From contig CM052816.1 of the NCBI GenBank assembly GCA_028534125.1, positions 42,162,001 through 42,226,000 of the forward strand: a DNA stretch of 64,000 nucleotides. The letters are read 5' to 3'. The notes under the pieces were generated by a model. The model had not been told where the DNA came from, did no database searches, and saw only the letters and a list, made by a program, of their open reading frames with translations. The DNA comes from Lama glama (lineage: Eukaryota). This document shows, one piece after another, positions 11,140 through 21,314 of the stretch. The translations under genes were made by a program, and so were the position numbers. Numbering within the stretch: the stretch's first letter is position 1; each line of letters opens with the position of its first letter.

Positions 11140-11500
11140 AGCCGAGGGAGGCTGAAGAAGGATTCGAGGAGGTGAGCTGCCCAACTGGAAAAATGTGCGA
11201 GAAGCCGACACGCCGCAAAACAGCACTTTATTGCATTACGAGCGGGTGTGCAAGCGCGGCGGGCGGCGGCGCTTAGCACTTTATTCTACTTCAACAAGAT
11301 GGCGCCGCCCGCGTGTCGCACTTGTCTTGCTTTTACCTATTCTGCCCACGCATGCGCATTGTTCATTTGTTCATACGACTTACCTAATGCTGCTAGCGCA
11401 TGCGTACCTTTACTTTCTTGATTCATAAGGCTTACATAACTGGAGCATGTGTAGTGGCTACACTACTGGCGCATGCGTACATTCACTTCTTACCAGGTGT
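11140..11500. promoter_or_regulatory. Small CpG island / candidate promoter with YY1 and three NRF1 motifs
   Basis: About 26 CpGs counted by hand in 11141-11480 against a CpG-poor background. CAAGATGGCG at 11295-11304; CGCATGCG cores at 11349, 11397 and 11470. Confidence 0.75.
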
Positions 11501-12891
11501 AAGTTATTGTGAACCTTGGCCTGGGCCCCACGACCTACTCACTTAAGGCTGCTGACATCATGATTATTTCTTTTCATGGTTCCCATCCATGGTGGCCGGG
11601 ATTTCTGGTCTTTCATCTGAAGTCATTATCAAAAACTTCCACTTAAAGTAAGTTTATTTAAGTGAAAGATGCATCATTTTAAAGAAAAACACTAAGAAAG
11701 TTATAGTAGAGGTGGCTTGAGGATACAGTATGTAAATGGAATCCACTATATTAAGGAAGACTGTGGGTTGTTACCCTGGCACTTCCAGTAATAAGAACTA
11801 AAATTCAGCTCCTCTCTTCAAAGAGAAAGTTGTTATCCCTAATTCAACCTTCAGGCTGGCTTTCAGAAAAGCATAACCTTGAACCTTATTCAATCAGTTA
11901 TAACAGTTTTATTTTTAAAAACCAAAACAACAACAACAAAAAAAAAAAACAAAGAGATAAACACAAAGAAGGACACCCTCAAAAAGGACACCCTATAACC
12001 AAGATTTTTATGATAACATTTTTATGGTAAAAACTTGAATTACATTTGTGGCAAAGCATCCTTTCCACTGACAAGGGGACAAAGAAGACACAACTCTTCA
12101 TTACCAGCGACAGTTAAAATGCAAGTTAATTCCCACTAAGAATCATGTGATTATCCACATGCTGTGAACAGATTATCTTTCTGTATATAATCATTTAGGC
12201 ATTTGAGTTTAACAATCTATGGTTTCATTAATCTTAGGGTCAAGATTTATCTACTACACTATTTGTTTTAAATTTTTTCCATAGAAATGCATCTCAGGTA
12301 CCCTCATTAATGCTTCCCTCAGTACCTGTGGTGATGGTAGCTTTTGGATATACATTACTGACTACTCAGTTCATTTCCATTATCATTCTGCATAAGGTTC
12401 GGCATATAGAGTTACAGCCATAATGTAAGTTAATTTCTAACTAGAAAATTGTCATAGCATTTACATTGTAGAGCTTGGACCAAGTCTTACATGCTTACTG
12501 GTTTGGAAGACGTTAAAGTTTCTTGTAACACCAAGTAAGTGGTGAGAAAAGGGGACCGTAACATCCTCCTTTGAAGGGTGAATGCTTCAATGAGGGCAGA
12601 GCTTATGCAACCAGAACGCTCTTGGCTACCAGAGAGGCTTTGACTGGATTCTACTCTTTGGTCATTTCCCCTTCTGGGATCCCATAGCCACCCAAGTAAA
12701 TAAACAAATCATGAACGTTACTGGATTTCAGAGCCTATTAGGAGCCAACAAGCTGATTCAATCCTTACTAACAGCCCACATTCAAGAGATTCAAAGCCAG
12801 GATCATTGAGGTTACCTACTCATTAAAAATTAACAGAAATAAAAATGAACCAGATTAGTGCAACTTGGAACAAAGATGAAAAACATGTTAA

Positions 12892-12905
12892 CCACAAGGG
12901 GGAGT
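12892..12905 (+). promoter_or_regulatory. Candidate CTCF motif
   Basis: CCACAAGGGGGAGT resembles the core CCASYAGRKGGCRS; motif match only. Confidence 0.3.
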
Positions 12906-13770
12906 TGCGGGCAGAAGGAGCCAGCTGCTTTCAGCATCAAAGCTCCTACAAAAAGACCGGGGCTGAAAGGGAACTATTTGCCAGAGGCTCCTCGAGATAA
13001 AAGTGGGTTCCTGCTAAAATGTTCCAGATCCTAGGAAGACAACGGCACAAATTAGATAATATTATATCCTTGTTTAATTCTTGCCATTACATGTTGCAAA
13101 ACATAACCTTGAGGCAAACAGCAAAGACACTGTTTGGCTGCTGCTTTTTTCTCTTCATACAGACTGCTGACAAAGTCTTGCCCAGTCATCTTTTCTGTTT
13201 CACAACCGATTGCCATAAAGTCTTTCTATGATGCTTCCCTGGTTGAAAGGCCCTGAGTTTAGGCAAGAATATAAGGGTCTGGGGGATGAAGATAGGATCC
13301 CACCACACAGAGCTCAAGGCATTTTGTCCCTTTCCAGCTATAGTCTCTCTACCAGTCTCCACCAGGGACCTGGGGGGACTTCCGAGGGGGTCACTTGCTG
13401 CCTATACCTGCAAATCATCAAAGAAGAGTCTCAGGGCTGAACAGGACCCACCTCCGCTCTCCTCCAAAGACCAGGACTGGTGTGACTCCATGTGCATTGC
13501 ACAAGTGTAACTGTATTATGTGTCTACAGGCCTGTGACTTCAGGGTCTCTGTCAAGTGTCCCTTGTCACTTCAAACTCTGGCACTTTGCCCAGATATAGC
13601 TGTCTCTTGATGAAACAAACTTGCATCGCTCTCCTTTGGGGTTTTCCCCAGCTCACTGTGTGGTTTTAGCCTCATCACTTGTCCACTCCTTCAGTTTCCA
13701 TTTATAGTGTGCAGTGTTATAACCAAGAATTAGTGATAGTAATACCTTGTATTTAAAATGGGCCTTCCTA

Positions 13771-13902
13771 GGGGGACGGTATAGCTCAGTGGTAGAGCCT
13801 ATGCTTAGCTCATGGGTTCAACCCCCAGTACTCCATTTAAAAAAATTAAAAACAAATAAACCTAATAACCCCCCCCCTTACCCAAAGACACATAAAAAAT
13901 TT
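13771..13902 (+). mobile_element. tRNA-Ala-derived SINE (Vic-1-like)
   Basis: ggtatagctcagtggtagagc head; 14-bp TSD aaatgggccttcct at 13756-13769 and 13903-13916. Confidence 0.9.
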
Positions 13903-16777
13903 AAATGGGCCTTCCTTCCAGGAGACTCAAGATACTTCACGAGGACTAGCTGATTTCCTTCCCAAAACCCCAGTGAGGAAGGTTCTGTTATCCATATGGC
14001 ACTTTTACATTCTGGTTCTAGTTTATAGGTACTTTACAAGGCACCAAGCTGTCTGGATACTTTTCAGGGGATCTCATGCTATTATTCTCACTTAGCATTC
14101 TGTTATCAAAAGCCTCTGGTTGTGCTCTTCTGGTACACAATATTCAAATCAAGTTGTACAGCATCTATCATTGGTATCTGGCAATAGTCAAAAACTTTAA
14201 AAAGCACCCTTAAAGCCAGAGACCTGGACCCTCATTACTTTAGCAAGAATTAGAAAGGACGCTTTGTGACTTTTTTGCTTAAATCATGGTTTTTATTTCC
14301 AAGTTAAGTGCATGTTCTATTGCTGCTTCTGAAACTCAGCAGGGGGACCATGGGCAAGTGTGTGGCGGGGCAGTTCGAACAGCCTCCACAGCCACAACAG
14401 ACAAAAAAATAAGAGCAAGGACAGCACATGTATCAAGAAATGAACACAAGAGGTGGCTTTGCCAAGGTCCAAAGGTCTGCATGAGAACGCCAGGAGCCAA
14501 GTCTCTAGAGCACAAACCGGGCAGAAGGTCTCCCAGGAATAGGATGTTCCACTGCACTTCCAATTACCCTGGCCTCTGGGCAGAGCATCCACTGCTCACT
14601 AGATGCCCTCCTCTTGGGGCTCAGCTCTGGGAAGAGCAACAGGATATACTGTGAAAAGAGCAGCAAGACCATCCACCAAATCACGATTCCACATATTGAA
14701 AATTCTGCCTCTTTAGACTGATTCTCAGAGCAGTCTTCCTTGAGGGAGAAGTAATATGAACAACTTCTCCTGCTCTAGATTCAGCATTCAGTACTTTTCA
14801 TTACCTAAATAAACTGTTAGGCCTCGTTGCCTATACTGTGCCTATACTGTGACCATACCCAGCTGAATTTCAAGTATTATTAACATAGTAAACCAGGACC
14901 ACAAATGAAGAAGAAAGGGAAGAGGAGAATATTAAGTAAAGCAAAGCATGACAAGGGCAGAGACCACAGCATATGGTGATTAAGTCCTAAAACAGAGAAC
15001 TACGTACCAGCAAGCAAAGGTCCTTACCTTAACATTATTTGAAACTGAACTTCGAGATGCATTTGAAATTTGAGAACAAAATAAAACCAGGTCCTTGTTT
15101 TTTGATTTTTGTTTGTTTGATTTGGTGTTTTCAGCATAATACTTGGAAGATGACCCTGAGAATTTCTTAATGATTGTGGTCTAGCAACAGTTGTGGTACA
15201 ACTTTCAGGAATAAAAATATGGACTCTGTTAGTAAAGTCTACTTATGCTCTTCATTTCCCATTTCAAGACTTACCTCTTAGCTGTGCCTCCAGCAAGGAA
15301 CTCTGAGCAGACTAGGCTGAGACCCCCTAAAAGATTTGTATAAAGGGCTCCTTAGCTATGGGATCCTAAGAAAGAATTTTCAATAATAATGTCTTGTATG
15401 TGCTCAAAATGTTTGAGATACTCTCTTAGATATCTCTCTCTGGTAATGTACAGGACTTTGTAAAGCTACAGACAATAAAACTGATGAAGAGAGGTAAAGT
15501 GACTGGCTTGACGTCAGAAGTCAGGTCCAAAGACATCTAGATATGTAACTGAGAAAAAGAGTCCATCCACTCAGGCGCTGGTCTCCTAACACAGCAGACC
15601 AGCTTTGACCTTGGCAGCATCTTTCATCCAAAGAGGCAGATGCCAAAAGAAGCATTAACATCACACAGCACAGGAGCAGCATTGTAAGTGGAGTACAGAG
15701 ATGCAGCCCCCTGCATTACAGGATCTTCACCTCATGTTCCCGGATTTCTCCAAGTATAAATGGACTCAGGAATGCAGACCTCCTGTCTCCCAGCTACTGC
15801 GTTCTGGGCTTTGTGGCCTCTTCCTCCCAATCTGACTATGAACATAAATGATGTCTTAATCATGTTTCCCTTTCTCTAGCATTCAAAGAAATTCTCAGGA
15901 GTCAACTGCCAGTGCACTATAATTAATACAACTTTTTACTTGTCATCAATTATTATTACAAAGATATATAAAGATCATAGTTAGCTCATATTAAATGAAA
16001 GATTTCCTTTTTCTTCTCTTGGTTGAAAATAGGGAAGGGAGAATCAGGCTAAAGGAGGTTTATACCAGAGTCAACTGACAAATTTAAGTATTTAAGTGTA
16101 TGTATGTGTGCATGTGTGTGTGTCTGTGTATAATTGCATAATTCACTTCTGCTTTCACATTGTGATATACTCTTGGAAACCCCAAAGTAAGTTTTACATT
16201 TGTTTTAGCTCAGTTTCATTTTCATGTTTTCATGGGATAAGGGTTAAATTCATCCATTTAAACTGAAACTCAGCATGTTTTCCAAGTTTTTTTCCCCAAA
16301 TACTTTTCATTGAACTTCCTACAGATCAAACGTAAACACATACTCTCTGCAAAACAGCTCTTAGTCTGGTGCCTTGTGTGTACTTAATGTACACTAATTA
16401 TTTGCTGATATTTTTGTTCCCAGTTGAATTGCCAAAACATACTTTCAGATGATTCACAGTTTTCTGGATGGGATCTTGCACCCTTTGATTAACAGATGAG
16501 AGATCTGAGTTTGCAGACATTAGTGGAAGAACCTGGCCTAGAACTTGAGTCCTCTAACTCCAAATCAAGTGCACTTTGAAGTACCTTATGTGCTTTCTCT
16601 CCCAGACACTATTATGGAAGTAAATAAAAAATTTGTGAATCAGAATTGGACATCTGGGAAAGCACATTTGGATGGATAGCAGGAATAGTGAAGGTCTCAC
16701 TATGAAATATGTTTCACATGAGAAACTGCAGAATGCTTTAATATTGTGTATGTGACATGCCCTTTCTCTGAAAGCCA

Positions 16778-16793
16778 CCTCTAGAGGGCAGTG
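16778..16793 (+). promoter_or_regulatory. Candidate CTCF motif
   Basis: CCTCTAGAGGGCAGTG is close to the CTCF core consensus; motif match only. Confidence 0.45.
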
Positions 16794-17139
16794 CACTCTT
16801 CAGAACAAATAGATTCTCCGGGGTTTGGAAGAACAACCTGGAATGAAAACCTAAAATGTTTGACTGACTTATTCGCAGCTTTAAATGAAGCAGGACACAC
16901 AAATATCTCAGGTCCAGTACCTTTCTTATCTCTGCAGAGGAGAAAGGGGCTGAAATGGGAATACAGCTGTGAGCCTTTTCTTTTCTCTCCTCCCTCTCCA
17001 AGTACAAAGGCTCTAATGTTTAACGTCAAATGAACTTGAAACTCCCCTTGTAATACCAACCAATGTTCTGAAGTAACACATTTCATTTTAAAAGCAAAAA
17101 CAAAGAACAGAGTTAGAGCAACGTGTGTGTACAGGGCAC

Positions 17140-18480
17140 TACTGCTTGCTGGGTGTTGCTGGAGTACACATGGTAGGATCCAAGGCCTGAGAATTGGGCA
17201 AGAGCTGGCAACAGAGGGCCATGCATGCCAGGAAAGAACTTGAACTTGCTCATGTAGATAGATTCCAGGAAGCCATGGAATGGCTTAGCTGAGAAGGGGC
17301 AGGGTCAGATTTGTGTATTATGTGGATCATTTAGGGGAGCACTGGAAAGAGCAGAATTGAGGGGAGTAAGTCTCAAAACCAGAAGGCCAGTTAGGAGGCT
17401 GTGTCAGTCCAGGCAACAGGAGGTGCATTTGAGAATGGTTCCTGGGGTAGGAGGGGAGGGGATGGATGTGAGAAACCCACAGGAGGGGAAACCATCAGAA
17501 TGTAACGATCAGTGGGATGAAGACGGCGAGGAAGGGAGAAAAATCAAGGCTGGTATTTTATAACTTGGGTTACTGGGTAAAGAGAAGGTGACACAACAGA
17601 CAGAGTGACTGAGTTTGGAGGGAAGTGCTACTTAGTTTGTAAGGAATCAAATCTGAAATATCTGAAGAGTACCCAATGGGAAGATGCCTGGCAGGTAATG
17701 CAACTGGTGAGTCTGAAGTTTAGGGAAGAAATCTGAGCAGGAGGTTGAATTCGAGAGTCATTAGCATACAGGTGGTTTTCGAACTCCTGAGAGTAGATAA
17801 ATTCACCCAAGTAGAATCTCAAAAATGAGAAGCAGTGAGCTGAAAACAGACACCTGGGGAACACACGTATGTGAGTAGCAGGGGGAGAGAGAAGAGCCCA
17901 CGGTTAAGAAGGAACAGAAATGAATGAGACAAATTGGGAAATATAACATTACTTTGGGAGCAGAGTAATCAACCCTGCCAAATGCCCCAGAAATGCACAG
18001 TAAGACAAAGACTGGAACACATCATTGAGTTTTGTAACTAGAAGAATATTGGTGGCCTTAAAAAGAGAACACACCAGACTACATGCGGTGCAGAGTGAAT
18101 GAATGGCACACCAAGTGGTCACATGAGTACAGCTAATTCTTTTAAAAGTTTAGATAAGAGGGAAGAAGACGTGGGACATTTTATTTCCCAGGGAATATGA
18201 GGCCAAAGATAGATTTATTTTGTAAGAAATGAGAGGGAAACTAATAAGCTTAGAGTTTGAAGGGAAAGCACACCTACAAGAGGAAAGGACAAAGTTTCAA
18301 GTGGGAGATGGTTTTGGAGCCCAATCTTGGCAAGTCTAACCAGGTGGGTCTGGAAAGAAAGGGGGTGTCACATCTTATGGAACTGAGGAAAGATCATGAG
18401 GGCTGTGAGTGTAGCTCAGTTTCTGGGTGCAGACGAGGCACGAGTCTGAGGGAGTTCATGCTCAACTGCTTCTGTAGCAG
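17140..18480 (-). mobile_element. L2 fossil
   Basis: Purine-rich antisense L2 pattern: agaaggccagttaggaggctg, gagtcattagcatacaggtgg, gacacctggggaacac, gcagagtgaatgaatgg. Confidence 0.7.
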
Positions 18481-19399
18481 GAAAATTTACTGAGATACCA
18501 CTTTTGATACTGCTCTTATTATTGTAGTAGATTCTCCAACAAATGAACAAGTCAGTCTTTGTGTTGTGTTTCCTGGTCTTGTCTGGAAGCACTGGAATGA
18601 CTTTTGTGCTTCTGGGGCTGAAAGCAAGTTTCTGGGATACCAGGATGGCCCCACCTTCCCAGCCTTTTCTTTAAAGTATTGATTTAATTGAGATTCTACC
18701 CATGGTCATTAAATTCCTACTGTATGAGTGACTGTGTCCACATTCGAGGAAGACGAGATGGAGCCGGTACCGAAGTTAAAGAAGGTAAGTGTGAGACCCT
18801 GGGGTGACTCCACTGGAATGGAGAAAGGGGCCAGTGGTAGCGGGTTGTGCAAGTGACTAAAAGCCAGGCAGTTCCTTGGAGCAATTCCTTGAAGATGGCA
18901 GGCTCTCCGAAGAGGTGACATACGGCCACGAGGGGTCCTGAGCTCCCCAGTCATGAGAATCTGGCCACCTTGCCTGAGTCGGGCTAGAGGTGGAATCGGG
19001 TGGGTGGGCTTGGGGAATTGAGCCCCCAGCCTTACAATGGACCATTCTGGCCCATAAAATAAACAACATGCAGTGACCATGATAGGCTGGAGAAGGAAGA
19101 TCTCACCCCAGATTTTCTTGGCGGAGCAATCCTCCAGGGATGCCTCACAGCCCCTGGAGGGAAGGTGCTCCAATAATGACTGCTACTGAGCATCGCCACT
19201 CTAGAGAGAGAACTCTGAATGTGAATTTTTCAAAAAGTGCAGTATGACATTTATTGTACCTGTGTACCAGAGAGAAACTTCATACACCTCTATTTTCTCA
19301 ACAAAGGAGACAGAAAGTTTACTAAAAGTGAGGAGAATATGGAATGGATGTTGAATCGAGGGTTTAAGATACATACAATGGTTTTTAAATAGAGTCTTT

Positions 19400-19570
19400 A
19401 GACTCGTGTAATCAAAGAATGTCGATATTGGAAGAGACCTGCTGAACTCCCTAATCTAGGCTCTGCTGTCTCTCCTCCATACTTACATTTTACAGATAAG
19501 AATAAATAAAACTCAGAGAGATTAAGGGTTGTATCTAAGGCCACACAGCAGAGCAGTGCTTCAGCCTGAT
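19400..19570 (-). mobile_element. MIR fragment
   Basis: cattttacagataag...aaactcagagagattaag...aaggccacacagc. Confidence 0.65.
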
Positions 19571-20669
19571 TTCTCTCGTTCATTCTTCTATCCCCAGTTA
19601 AAGCCGCCGCCCTTTCCAGCACCCATCTCATGGGACTGCTGTGCTGCACGCACCCCCTCACCCACGTCTGTTCCGCTGCACAGAAGCTGCCCTGACATCA
19701 GGTCTCACAGGGGAAGCTGAGAGCAGCTGGAGCAGTCCAGCTTGCTTCCCACAGCTGCCCTCCAGCAGCAAGAAAAAGGTATCTCACTCTGGACCTAGTT
19801 TCTGGCCCCACTTGACAGCAGGAGGCTGTCCTGGCCAGAACCAGTTGTCTGCAGGTCGCAGCTGCATGCCTCAGGGAGGCAGGGGACCATGGAATCATAG
19901 CACTGAGAAGGCCCTGGGTCTCCCCTTCCTTTCACCTATTTCCCTCACACAGAAGGGAAATGAGGCCTCTGAGCAGCACTGGGGCTGGCCCACACACCTA
20001 GGGAGTCCAAATCAACAGGAAAAGCCTGCTCATTCTGGTTTTTCTTTTTCCAAGCTCCTTTTCCAAACACACAGCTCCTCATCTGACTGTACAGAAAATA
20101 GCAAAAGCCTCCCTGTGTTAAAATCCCCACCAAGAACACACTGTACCGGTCACTCCAGCTCAGGCACACGCTGAGTCCTGCCTCCAGATAACTGGGTCAC
20201 ACTTCACGCTGACAAAGGACGAGGGAAATCAGTACTGTGCACTTAGCTGATGGGATATTAATGCATCAGAGAATGGCAAAGAGAGAAGCTATAAAAAGAC
20301 TAGGGCTTCCCCTATAAAACTGACACCGCGGGCCCCTGGTTCTTCAAGAGGGAAAGGCCAAACAACAGGGACCAAAGCAGATATCTACACGACGAGTGCT
20401 GGCAGCCAAAGGCAACCAGGTGGCTGAAGCCAAGGCACAGGTGGGGCCCGAGCCTGGAGGCCAAGCTAGGTGGGGAGGGAGTAAACAGGCTGGGCAGGGC
20501 CAGCAAAGGCCCACGTCATTTTGCTGTGTGAGGTGGACAGTATCTTTATCACCCTCCTCCTGATTTGCACCTAGAAACAAACCACTCCATCACGTCATTC
20601 CTAGTGTTTCTTGCCACTGCTCCATCCCCAAGCTGGGACCTATACCTCAATTCCTAGGCTTTCCAAGAC

Positions 20670-21314
20670 CAGGGTCTCTCAAGGGAGGGTAAACATGCCC
20701 TGTATGCCAAATGATTTTAAGGGCACATGATAATTTTTATCTTAATAGTTATATGTTTATTTTTACAGTCACCCATTCATTATAATAAACAATACTAAAT
20801 TTTTGGTTTATGAGGAAAAATTGACTCAAGTTTTTAAAAAAGTCTGACAGAGAAAGACAAATATATGGTATCACTTATATGTGGAATCTAAAAATAATGA
20901 TACAAATGTTACTTACAAACCAGAAATAGACTCACAGACATAGAAAAAAAATTATGGTTACCAAAGGGGAAGTGGGGGAGGGATAAATTAGGAGTTTGGA
21001 ATTAACAGATACACATTATTATACATAAAATAGATAAACAATAAGGACCTACTATATAGCACAGGGAACTATATTGAATTTCTTGTAATAATCTATAATG
21101 GGGGAAAAATCTGAAAATACACATATGTATGTATATGTATAACTGAAACGTTTTGTTGTACACCTGAAACTAATATTGTAAATCAACTACACTTCAATAA
21201 AAAATAAAATTGAAGACATTTTAAAAAAAATTTTAAAGTCTGAGTCAATTAAGAGAAAATTATCCTGGCAAAAATAAAGATGATATACAACGGCCCCAAA
21301 TCTGGGAAACGCTG
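20670..21314. mobile_element. hAT-Charlie-type MITE interrupted by an L1
   Basis: Ends cagggtctctcaa ... tgggaaacgctg; degenerate 8-bp flanks tccaagac/cccaggat; internal atgattttaag and ttaatagttatatgtttatttt. Confidence 0.6.
20848..21234 (+). mobile_element. L1 3' end with TSD
   Basis: cagagaaagacaaata...gtggaatctaaaa...tatagcacagggaactat...cttcaataaaaa; TSD aaagtctga at 20839-20847 and 21235-21243. Confidence 0.9.

Noticed and set aside
11140..11500. Imprinting control region
   Set aside because: YY1 and tandem repeats are present, but I found no ZFP57 TGCCGC hexamer in the patch.
11194..11635. CpG patch as an ERVK/IAP-like solo LTR (YY1 followed by GCGCATG)
   Set aside because: No convincing TSD or terminal inverted repeat, and the AATAAA signals are on the opposite strand to the YY1/NRF1 order. 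Not called, though only a Dfam search can exclude it.
19641..20174. Longest ORF (177 aa) and the other ORF-track entries such as 18709-19173 and 31679-32113
   Set aside because: Mostly GTG/TTG starts, no recognisable domains, and overlapping ORFs on both strands; consistent with chance in locally GC-richer DNA.
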